Below are positions 39,383 to 51,000 of a DNA stretch of 64,000 bases, one piece after another. Location of the stretch: contig NC_085846.1 of assembly GCF_035594765.1 (NCBI RefSeq), positions 21,005,190 through 21,069,189 on the forward strand, read 5' to 3'. This DNA is from Anolis carolinensis. Taxonomy: Eukaryota. The notes under the pieces were generated by a model, which saw only the letters and a list, made by a program, of their open reading frames with translations, was not told where the DNA came from and searched no databases. Position 1 is the first letter of the stretch. Each line of letters opens with the position of its first letter. Position numbers and translations under genes: made by a program.

Positions 39383-40351
39383 CTAAGACTGTATTTCCTG
39401 TGTTGTCCTCGGTTTATACAATTTTCTCAATTGTTTTCCACAAGCTTCCTTAAATTCTCTGTTTCTCAGACTATAAATGAAAGGATTGATCATCGGAGTC
39501 AGGATTGTGTAGAACAGTGAAAAAACTTTGTTCAGATCCTTCAGAGTGCTGCTTTTTGGGATGATGTATACAATTATTAGGGTTCCATAGAAAATCGAGA
39601 CCACGGTAAGATGAGAAGAACAAGTAGCAAATGCTTTACTCCTGCCAGTAGTTGATGGGATTTTTAAAATAGTCATGATGATGCAAATGTAGGAGGTCAG
39701 TGTCAGCAACAATGGAGGCATTGTGCAAGCAGAACCTAGGACCATCATTACTATTTCCGCCTGTTGAATTTCACTACAGGAAAGTCTTAACAATGGTGTG
39801 TAATCACAAAAGAAGTGATCAATTTCATTGGGGCCACAAAATGTCAACTGCAAAGTAAAGCCTGTTGTAAATGCACTCGCAACAACACCAATTATCCAAG
39901 AAGTAAAGGACAATTGAACACATAACATGCTGTTCATGAGGGTTGTGTAATGTAGTGGCTTACATATGGCTAAATACCTGTCGTAAGACATTGCTGATAA
40001 GAGGTAACTTTCTGCTCCAGCTAAAAAAGCGAAGAAATAGAACTGGAGGAAGCATCCAGTAAATGAAATACCTTTGTAGTTAGTTATAAAACTAGTCAAA
40101 AGCCTAGGAAGGATAGTAGACGTGTAGCAGGACTCCAGAATAGACAAATTCCCCAAAAATAGGTACATGGGCTTATGCAGATTATGATTAGTGAAAACTA
40201 CTGTTGCTATGAGGATATTTCCAGCCATTGTCACCAAATAGATTCCTAAAAATACAACAAAGAGGACAATTTGAAGTTTAGGAACTATCTTGAATCCTAA
40301 GAGGATGAATTCTGTCACAATTGTTTGATTAATTGTTTCCTTTTTTGCCAT
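39383..40351 (-). CDS. Olfactory receptor, class II (OR11A/OR6-like), intact, 322 aa
   Basis: NQT sequon, LHKPMYLFL, MSYDRYLAICKPLHY, KAFATCSSHL, PMINPFIYSLRN; acceptor TTTTTAG at 40371-72 upstream of the ATG. Confidence 0.96.
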   Translation of the reverse strand: MAKKETINQTIVTEFILLGFKIVPKLQIVLFVVFLGIYLVTMAGNILIATVVFTNHNLHKPMYLFLGNLSILESCYTSTILPRLLTSFITNYKGISFTGCFLQFYFFAFLAGAESYLLSAMSYDRYLAICKPLHYTTLMNSMLCVQLSFTSWIIGVVASAFTTGFTLQLTFCGPNEIDHFFCDYTPLLRLSCSEIQQAEIVMMVLGSACTMPPLLLTLTSYICIIMTILKIPSTTGRSKAFATCSSHLTVVSIFYGTLIIVYIIPKSSTLKDLNKVFSLFYTILTPMINPFIYSLRNREFKEACGKQLRKLYKPRTTQEIQS

Positions 40352-40901
40352 TGATTACTTCAGTCAATAACTAAAAACATGCTGAAAAAGCAATCACAGG
40401 TATGAAAAAATCAGTGCACATTTTTTACACAAGGCCATTATTATTCAAATCCAAGTGGCACTCTTGGACGTCCAATAAGCATCTGGTTGTACACTACCAT
40501 AGGAGGAAAAAGTAGACCTGTGGTTGGATCCAACATGTTACTTTTCATGTTCATTGCTTAATAATTGTCAGGTAAGCTGCTTGGTTCTCATATGGTTAAA
40601 AAAATGATTCAAAGCAATCTGCAGCACATTTAATAACCTAAGAGACAAAAAATAAAATAAATAACAGTTTAATATTACTGAAATTGGATCAGAATGGCAC
40701 TCTGTATTCTACTACATAAATGACTCTAAAAATTCCACACTAGAATTCATATAGTGCTGCTGTATGAAAACACAATCAAAACCATAGTAGAAACAGAGAA
40801 ACAATAGTGTAGCCAGGCCATTTATACCTATGGTATACTTTACCATCACTTGAATGAGATATTATAAACCATTTCTTTTGAAAAGATGTTTTGAAGAACT
40901 A

Positions 40902-41051
40902 GGGGCCCCTCCACACAGCTATATACCCAGAATATCAAGGCAGAATAACCCACAATTTCTGCTTTGAACTGGGATATTTGAGTGCACACTGTCATATATC
41001 CCAGTTCAAAGCAGATAGTGTGGGATTTTATTCAGCTGTGTGGAAGGGACC
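40902..41051. mobile_element. Harbinger-type MITE
   Basis: TIRs GG.CCC.TCCACACAGCT / AGCTGTGTGGAAGGGACC, palindromic body. Confidence 0.75.
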
Positions 41052-41532
41052 TATGTTTCAATGCATGAATTGGAATCTGGTAGATCCGTCCATAACCTAT
41101 ATAGATTATTTCCATCAATACCACTTTAGCTGACAACAACATCCTGGAAAATGAAGGTGACTGTAACATGGTCATTTTTCTCCGTCTCATATACAATTCT
41201 CTAACACTTTTGTCTGTTGATTAATCCCATGGAGTTTTGAAAATGCATCTTGTATTTTGTGCAGTTTTGGTTGGCTCAATAAAGTAATCATTGATTTGTG
41301 GATTTCAAATGTAATCTTTGGCTGTGTGGCTAATGTGGCTATCCATAAATACGTAATCTAAGTGTACCCAGCACCAGTTTTGATTTTGAAAAAAAATCCC
41401 AGATACCATTTAAATATGTTTGTAGGTTCAATTGAATATTTACAAAATGCTCTGAATACCCTAGGAGGCAAATTCATAGTACCTCTAGCACTCTCTTGCT
41501 TTCTCTCCATCTCTCTCTTTCTCCCTTTCTTA

Positions 41533-41647
41533 GACTGTATCTATAGTGCCATATAATGCAGTTTGAAGCTTCATTATAGTCAGTGTAGATCCATACAATG
41601 CAGTGCAATGCAGGTAAACTGCTTTATAAGGGCAGTGTAGAACAGCC
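41533..41647. mobile_element. Small palindromic MITE (related copy at 60128-60288)
   Basis: ATCTA.A.TGCCAT.TAATG.AGTTTGAA ... AAA.TGC.TTA.A.G.CAGTGTAGA. Confidence 0.6.
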
Positions 41648-42277
41648 TGACTCTCTGTTTGTCTCTGTCTCTCTATATCTTTGTCTCTGTCCTACACACA
41701 CACACACATGCAAACATACACATAGATCTTTGTACCTTCAAATAAAATTGTGTCATTGCTGCTTTGCCCTGTGCTCTGCATATCAGGAACACTGGATGTG
41801 GATCCTATGGTACTTTTCCATTTTGTCCAAGCAATGTACCCCTCTCACAAAGGAAGAACCATATATAATGTTCCAGCTTGTGTTCTCTAATAACAATTTG
41901 TCCACCATGGAGACATAAACTCTCTAGATATATCTCCCACAGGGAATTCTGTTAAGCATTTAGAGAGCTCATTTCCAAGCAAGAAAGTGGATGGAACATT
42001 TCTATCAGCCTCAGAAAGAGAAAAAACATTTAAGCTAGCAGAAATATAGACCCTGAAGATATCTTCCAGTACCATGGACCTGTTTTGTTATCATGTTCAA
42101 TGTATCCTCATCCCCTGTAAAACTAACAGCTTATGGGAAAGGCAAGAGAGCAATGTTCTTTAAGAATGTGTTGCTGCTTGCTGTGTTCCTGCAAGGTGTT
42201 TCTGACTTGTGGTAAACCAAAGGCTGCTGAACAAATACATTGTTTGGCTTTAATGTGCCATCTAACCTTTTTTTATA

Positions 42278-42425
42278 GTAAAAGGTAAAGGTTCCCCTGA
42301 CATTAAGTTCAGTCATATCTGACTCTGGGTGTTGGTGCTCATCTCCATTTCTAAGCCGAAGAGCCGGCGTTGTCTGTAGACACCTCCAAGGTCATGTGGC
42401 CAGTATGACTGCATGGAGCGCCGTT
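42278..42425 (-). mobile_element. Sauria SINE 3' fragment
   Basis: AAAGGTAAAGG tail and body matching 24169-24320. Confidence 0.85.
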
Positions 42426-43120
42426 TATACCAAAAGATATTTCAGTAAGGTTCCAGTTTTCTTGTATGAAACTTTTAATTCTGCGATTTCCCAAAGCAGG
42501 CAAAGATTACACTTTTTGAGATGTTAATGTTTAAATAATAGCTGCAGCAGTTGTAAAATAGACTATGAAATATAATACCTCTCCAAGCCAGTTTAAGTTT
42601 CATTAATCACAGACATGATATTGCAAGACTAGTTTAAATGTGATTGCTTTAAAGGACAGGATATCAGTTGTGGGGGAAAAAATTAACCAGCCTTAAAGGA
42701 ATTTAATTTCCCATCAGAATTTCTGAAATTGATTCAGGGTTTTTTTTTTACCCATTTCCTAGAAAGTGAGTGATTACAACTGGAGGTCAGCTGTTACCAA
42801 CAATGCTGTAGAAGTCAATGAGGTACTAATGGAGGTCGAAAGGGAGAAAAGCATCGAGAGAGGCGTGTCAAGCCAACCCCTGTCGGGCCCGCCTTCCATC
42901 TGGAAATCGATAAACTCACTGCAAAGGAATATACAAATCAAGAATAGGTCTCTACAGTCACCTACACTTGGAAGGCAATTATACCCAGCCATGAGTGATA
43001 ATCTACTATGGTGATTACAAATTGAATACATTTTTCTTTTTCATCATCTGAAAAGGAGGTTTGACTTCTATGATTCATGCTGCTTTGGATCCCATTCTGG
43101 GGAAAAGGTGGCATATAAAA

Positions 43121-43160
<40 letters not shown>

Positions 43161-43331
43161 ACATAAAAACATAAATAAATATGCCCCATATTCTAAACCA
43201 AAGGTCCTGTTCTAATAATGACTATTAGTCAAGGTAGACACATAATGAGAAATATAGATGCTAGATAGACCCATTTATTAACATTTTCCAAATCCTTATG
43301 TCGATTTTTATATTGAAATTTCAGGTGAGGT

Positions 43332-43378
<47 letters not shown>
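43332..43378. repeat. (AAC)n microsatellite
   Basis: Direct reading; (AAAT)n also at 43117-43160. Confidence 0.95.
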
Positions 43379-43380
<2 letters not shown>

Positions 43381-43689
43381 TTATTATAGTATCCCACCCC
43401 ATCTCCGCAGGGGACTTGGGGCGGCTTACATGTGGACCAAACCCAGCAATATACAAAGTGGATAGCTTCATTCCTGCTAGTGAAAAAGTGTTGGTTCTTC
43501 TATTCCATGTGCGCTGGCTCATCTACATTAATACACTAAGGTGATATTTATTCATGTTGTGGGAAGGTTCTAGCTTAGTTGAGCAACTGAGCTAAGTTGC
43601 AGAGAAATCTCAAAACAGAACTTCTGTGACTCAGTTAATAACTCAAAGAAGCAAACATTTGGTAGGTGTTGAAGTTGCCCCATGTTTTA

Positions 43690-44012
43690 CAGTAGAGTCT
43701 CAATTATCCAAGCTAAATGGGCCAACAGAACCTTGGATAAGCGAATATCTTGGATAATAAGGAGAGATTAAGGAAAAGCCTATTAAACATCAAATTAGGT
43801 TATGATTTTACAAATTAAGCACCAAAACATCATGTTATACAACAAACTTGACAGAAAAAGTAGTTCAATACGCAGTAATGTTATGTTGTAATTACTGTAG
43901 TTGCGAATTTAGCACCAAAATATCATGATATATTGAAAACATTGACTGCAAAAATGGCTTGGATAATCCAGAAACTTGGATAAGCGAGGCTTGGATAAGT
44001 GAGACTCTACTG
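43690..44012. mobile_element. Tc1/mariner-type MITE (323 bp), copy 3
   Basis: Same TIRs, TA TSD and length as 46-368. Confidence 0.9.
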
Positions 44013-44479
44013 TATTTTGAATCACAGCGGAATGATCCACCTGTATTGGAGGTATGGTTCAGCACCTTGGATAGCTCTATTAAAGTTCAAACTAAACTCT
44101 GGAGACTCCTGCTATGTAGGCTGCCAGTCATCACTAGAAGCATGTAACACAAATGTCTTGCTTTCTATTAAATTTTCATCATTGATCAACGAGTTCCAAG
44201 AGCATCATTCCACATTCACCCATATATCTAGCTTACTGATTGTAAGACTGGTTTTCCACAGCAATAGATAAATAAAAATATAAGCAATACTGCTCTCAAA
44301 AAAGCTTTTGCTGTGGAACACTTTTAATTCTAATATGTAATAAGGCAGGAAGAAAAAGAAGGGGGAGAAAGTGGAGGAGAAAGTGCAGGAGAATGAGAAG
44401 GTAGCAACACCATTACCACTAGTAGATGTAGTAATGATAGTAGTACTAGTTGATTTTATCCCGTTCTAGCTCAGATTCC

Positions 44480-44900
44480 AAATCTGTTGCAAAATATCAA
44501 ATGTTTACTCATATGCAGCCTTGGAAATTAACGTCACAGATCTCTGATCTGAACTTGGGGACTTTCACTTAACAAAGAACCATTGGCCATCTTACATAAA
44601 TTCAATTCACCTTTGGACAAAAAAAAGTGAGAGGAGAGAGGTTTGTATATGAGTTATAATGTAACAAAGAATGCTGTTTGCCTAACTGCTTTGAAGTATG
44701 TTAAGGGTAATGTCTATTTGTTCTAATTCTGGAAAAAAAATTACTTTGGCAAGCTTTTGTGACAAGATGCCCCCTTAACAAACATAATGAGCAAATATTT
44801 TATCAATGTAATTATTAGCAGAACTATTTGTATCCCTCCCACGCATAGAACGAACCATAGGTGGTTATTAACCCAACATGCAGCTGCTAAAAGTATAAAA
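44480..44900 (+). promoter_or_regulatory. Albumin-type liver promoter
   Basis: TATAAAA 44894-44900; HNF1-like GGTGGTTATTAAC 44860-72 and TGTAATTATTAGC 44807-19; FOXA-like TGAGCAAATATTT 44788-800 and TGTTTACTC 44502-10; motif assignment by eye. Confidence 0.7.
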
Positions 44901-44960
44901 GCTCTGCCTTTTCCTTTGCTCTTCCTACCTGCACATTCAGGCCCCTAATAATTCGGAATC

Positions 44961-45045
44961 ATGAAGTGGGTAACATTCATTTCTTGCCTTCTCTTAGTAA
45001 GCTTTGCTGAATCAAAACACCTTCCTAGAAAATACCGAGATACAG
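44961..45045 (+). CDS. ALB: Albumin exon 1 (signal + propeptide MKWVTFISCLLLVSFAESKHLPRKYRDT)
   Basis: ATG after TATA; CAG|GTAAG. Confidence 0.95.
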
Positions 45046-48000
45046 GTAAGACTATATATTTTTTTAAATGATGTTTTATATCCAAAATACCAGTCCATTT
45101 CTAATGTCTAGTATAGATTACCCATGCCTTAATAGCCATGTATGTAAATTGCAGCATTTTGTGGTCTCATGTATTGGCTTCCTTGTACCAAGCAGAACTC
45201 TGTGCTAACAGGATACATATATTTTATATCAGATATTACAAAAGGAGAAGGGAATCAAATATACATTTGAAGCTGATTCTATAAAAATTAGATCTTAATT
45301 ACTGTAGATATATTTTATATGGGATCTATGCATGGTGATTTGCTAAGTGAAAGAAATAACAAAATAATTGTAATCTATCTTCATGTTCTAACAGAAATAT
45401 TCCTGTTCAGGATTCCAGCCAGTGATGCCTACTTCCAGGATATCCCATTCTATTTCCATCCTAATTTATAGCCACTGATAGCTACACTATATCTTCAGTC
45501 CCCATTGCACTCTTGGATCAGGAAAGGGAGAAATCCTCCTTTCAAAGGATTTGTTGTTCCTCAAAACCTTTGAGTAACTGGTGCTTGCTAATACCACCTC
45601 TGATATTTCTCAGTGACCTTAATTTTCACAACTCTCTTGTCTTTCATTATTTTTTAGAGATAGTAATAATGTTTTTGCAGAGCTCCAACACTTCCTCGTG
45701 AGCACTGAGGCCTAGTGGCTTCCATGTATGCACCAAACTGCCTTCTGTATGAGGATGAATCACACCAGCTCTAGTGTGCATTTTCATGGAGCTATACAAG
45801 GTGCTGCAACTTATTTGGGAAAAGGAGTTCTGCACCCTGGATAGCTTTTTTTCAAAGGCAGAATGACGCTCATGCACTATTCCATTGTGCATGTAAGTGT
45901 TCAGATATGTCCTGCCTTAAAGGAAGAACTTGCTCCATGCAGTGGAGGGAACAGATGTGTGCACAAAACCAAACTGTCTTCTGTGTTAAAAACTGGAGAT
46001 GATTCTATGCACATGAGCTCCTTTGGGACTCACTCTCATGATCCTATTCTATTTCCTTTAATGAAAACTCATCCAGACCAAGATTGTTTCCTCCATTTCA
46101 AACCCATTTTTGAAATTTTCCTTCATCTGAGTTACATTTCACCATGTTACCTTTGAGAACATTTTTTGCCAGTGAGTCAAGGTGATGCTGAAATGCCAAA
46201 TAGGCTGATCAACCTGGTCGTGCAGTGGAGCAAAGGTATATTATTCTGGTTGCAGATCACTCAGAGATGAATTCATTTGTACTTAATACATCAGATAACT
46301 GAACAATATGTGCAATTGAATGCTCACTTCTTTTAACGTTTTATTTGTTTCTCCCTTTTTATTTATTCAGTCAATTGTAGGAGTTGCACCAAATCACCAA
46401 ATTTTAGGTCTGAAAACTTGTATGTGTGTGTTTTAAAAAATATAGGATCCCTTTTCAGTGTTGGGTCAGTTTAATTGCATTAATTCTACAGTGCAGAGCC
46501 CTCAATGAACTCTTTTACCTTCTACTGTTAAATCACTAGGCCTTCATTCCTCCACCTGCTTAACCAAGAGCAAGTAATGGTGCACTCAAGAGTTTTTCTT
46601 TCAACCACCCTGTAAGAAAGAGTATAAATGTGCAAATAATTTCAGAACTACTGTTTGAAATATAACCAACTATTGTTTGCATTACAGATGTTCATGACAC
46701 AATCACCAGGGCCTCAGAACTACCGCCTGATGATTTTGCAGGAATGTAAGCATTTCAATAGTGTCTTGCTTCTTGTTTGATTCTCCAAGTCTTTAGCACT
46801 CCTCTCCCATTGGTATGACAGTTAAAAAATATTTTCAGGAGTGAAGCTATGAGGGGGGATGGGCAGAGACCAAAATGAGAATATTACCTAAAAACATTAA
46901 ATGAAATGTTTTTTTTAGTTTCTTTCTTCTTTCATGCCTTTTTCTAGTGCCATGATCTTATACTCTCAATCGGCACAACAAGCCACATATGAAGAGGTGC
47001 ACAAATTGATGGATGACATTGTTGCACTTGCAAAGAAATGTGGTGCTGATGAACACTCAGATCCTGAATGTGGAAAACCTTTGGTAAGCTTTTAGAGCAA
47101 AATTTGGAGAATATATATTGAAAAATTCTAAGTGCAAAATGTAATATTTATCCAGCCAGCTATGGTTTTATTTAATATTTAATCTACTAACATACATTGT
47201 GGTCAAAGCAGGTTCTAAAAAAATTGTAGATAGAATGCAAATAATTACAATGGAAGCCAGTTTCTGCTATCATGTGATATTACGAATAGGAAAAAATACT
47301 TTAACATATACAGTGTTGATCTCCTTGGATCCAATGAAGGCCTGTCTAGCATATAGAGATGGAGTAAGATGCTAGTGAAATATGGATTTTGTAGAGTATT
47401 GGTAGATTGTTGGCAAAGTTTCCAAAATTTTAGCAGACTTTACCAGACTAATATTCTTTAATTCAACTTAGAACTTAAGAACTGGAATCAGGGAAAGGGG
47501 GAATGGGATTACAGTAACTTTAAGTCTAAAAGGGTCACACAACAAGATGGGGCACCATAAAGCTCCATCAAACCAGTTCAAGGTGCATGTCTTGTGTTAA
47601 TTTTCAAACACCAACTTCTGCTGCCACCAATATTGACTTCCTGATGAAGAGTGGGGAGGGTGTAGAGGTGCTAGAGGTCAAAACAAAGTTTAGTGGCTCT
47701 CCATGCTCACTTCCTCTAGTTTCCTCTGCAAGAGTGAAAGCCATTGAGCTAGAAGTTGGTATTTTGGAGGTGAGATATAACAGGTATCTTCATTTTACAG
47801 GATGGAGCTTTTCAGTAACCCAAATAGATCCTGATCCAGAATCTATTTGGGTTAAGAGCTCTTTCCCGTAACCCATCAATCAACACTAGCTTTAATCAAT
47901 ATCACCCATGTTGCAAACCTAAAGGTGCTTTATAAGAATTCTTGGTTTTTAGGCCTGTTCCTGGGGTTATTTATGGTGCTTATTCAGAAAATTGCATTGG

Positions 48001-51000
48001 ATAGACCACATCAGCTCTAGTTTTATTCATGGTTTTAATGATTTTCTATGGGTAAGTAGATAAAGACTGGTATATGGCATCTGTTCTGTATCTCAAAAAC
48101 TAGAGCTGATATAAGAAACTGGAGCCATTTTGGGGATCAAGAAGTCAAATATATCCAGAAACAGGCCTAACATTTGAGGTACCAAAATGTGTGTTTGCCA
48201 GTGTCATTTAAGGGAACCTGGGAGATATTTAATAAGCTATGCTAGTTTGCCTAGTGTGAATAAACCACTAGTTTCATTTCTCATGAATTCAAGCAGTGAT
48301 TTGTATCTGTCCACCAGCATACTGTTTTCCTGGATGAAATATGTCATGAACAAGAATTTGCTAATAAACATGGATTTAGCGATTGCTGTGCTAAAGCTGA
48401 TGCAGAAAGAAATGAATGTTTCTTGGCTCATAAAAATGCAACTCCAGGATTCATTCCACCTTATCAAAAGCCAAGTGCTGACGTGGCCTGTGCAAAATTT
48501 GCAGAGAACAAAAATGAAGTTTTGGGCCAGTAAGTAAATCTATCAATTCCTGCTAATTTGAAGGACTGATTCTCCCTTTTGTGTGTAGCGACGGAAAACC
48601 CATGCCTTTCTTTTGCAGGTCCTTCATCAGAGAACTGCAAATTCTGGCTTCTATTTTTGTGTTAGCTGTCAAATAAGTAGTGGGGCTTGCAACAAATCTT
48701 TTAAAAAGAGTTTCACTCACTTATCCTGCAGTAGATTAACATTCTTCCATTTTTGCATAATCTATTCCATCTTTATCTTTTATTCTGTTTTATTTTATTT
48801 TATTTGTTGAATGGGCACACAATATTTTGTAGCTTTTGCATATGTTCTTTTTATTCTATGGGCATGGGGAAAAGTTCTTAAGTTTATCTTTCTGCTGTTT
48901 TGATATTTTGGTTGTCGGGTTTTGGCCCCAAAATCCTTGGAACTCAAGCCTTTAAATTATCTTATTAGGATGTTGGTCAACATCTTCTTTTCTTTTCTTC
49001 TTTATGCATGCTCCCAAACTTGCAATGGCCTGAATTCTATTGTGACTGCCAATTAGAGTAGTTAGATGCTATTACTATAAAGGTTTATAGCACTAGTGTC
49101 TTTATCTATAAGAAAGTTTGACCCAGATTAATTTGAGATGCCTTTCCTTCCCCTACAGCTACATCTATGAGGTGAGCAGAAGGAGTCCCTTTGCACCTGT
49201 TGCCACAGTCTATAAATCAACTGCTGCTTATGAACATGTCCTGACTTCTTGCTGCGCAAAAGAGGACAAAGGTGCCTGCTTCCAAGAAGAGGTATGTTGC
49301 TATACTCTAAACCAAGTCTTGAAATTCTCTTAATAGGATGTTGGACAGCATCTTCTTTTCTTTTCTTCTTTATACATGTTAACTGCTGCACCCAAGCGAA
49401 CGAGTGGCTCTTGCCCGCGCCAAGCTTGACCTAAGGAATTCATAGCAAAACACAGTTTGTATAACATTAGACAATGAGATATTAATCACTATACATTTTA
49501 TACAGCATAAATGGATGGCAGGAATAATAGTCAATATCCATCCTGTAGGTATGAACAGAGGTACCAGTCCTAGGAACCCCTGGTTTCCAGTTCTGTACTT
49601 ACCCATTATAATAACACTATGTAACAACATTTTTGTTCCTGGGATATAAATGTCATTTCCTTATTGGTTCTGTCATAAAAACATGGAAAAAGATTATTCA
49701 ACTGCAAAAACATTCTTTTGACAGGACATCCTGCATCACATTCTGCTATAGTTTTTCAATGAATATCTCATAGAGTTTCAATCCATTCAGCATACTTTGT
49801 GGCAGCCACAAAAACAAAGTTTCTAGAGTATAATAACTACTTTCAAAGTAAGTGCCACACAATTAAACAGGAAATAATACTTTCAAACCAGATGTAATTT
49901 TCAAATGAATTTCAGAATAGGGGCTGAAACCTTCAACTTCCCCAGTCTCATCACGATGTTCCTTTTCTTTGCCACAAGTCTTAATTATGCTCACAGATGA
50001 AATACAATAGTCAATATCCTACATGGCGAGATAGAATAGATATTTCCATCCAGTCAGGATTTCATTCTGGATATGTCTACCCCCAATGGCACAGTGGGTT
50101 AAACTGCTGAGCTGCTGAACTTGCTGACTGAAAGGTCAGCGGTTCAAATCCGGGGAGTGGGGTGAGCTCCCGCTATTACCCCCAGCTTCTGCTAACCTAG
50201 CAGTTCGACAACATACAAATGTGAATTAGATCAATAGGTACCACTCTGGAGGGAAAGTAACGGCGCTCCATGCAGTCATGCCAGCCACATGACCTTGGAG
50301 GTGTCTACGGACAACATCGGCTCTTTGACTCAGAAGTGGAGATGAGTCAGACACAACTAGACTTAATGTCAGGGGAAAACCTTTACCTACTATGTCTACA
50401 ATGTAGAATTGATGCAGTTTGATACCACTGCTATGGCTCAATGCTATGGAATTATGAGAGCTATGGATGTACAAGTTTGCTAGACTTCTCTCTCAAATAG
50501 TGACAATGCCTCACCAAACTATAACTCCCATGACTCCATGTACCAAACTGCATTAACTCTACAGTGTAGATGTGCCCCGTCTCATCTCCAGGGAAATTGA
50601 GCTATTTCCCAGGGCAACCCCCTGACATAGCTATTTATTTACTTGCAGAAAATAGGGATATTGGGGGGAGGGGGGGGGAGGAGAGAGAATCATCTAGCTA
50701 TGTCTCTATAGCAGTAGACATACAATGACAAAGGAATGTTTTCCTTTGGACACAGAACATGGTTAAGTATACAAAATGCTGAATGGCTGAATAACAGAAG
50801 GCAGCCACAGACACTTCTAATTTACTTTCTGGCTTAATCTTACTTTCTGGCTTTATAACATTTAACATTTAAAAGTGCCTTCACTTTGGATAGATTTACA
50901 CAAATGCTTGTAGATTACATCACAGAAAACTTCGCTTTTGCTTTCTTCTTCAATACAATCTGCTGTTTGTGGTGAATTATTTTTTTAAAAGGAGATTTAC

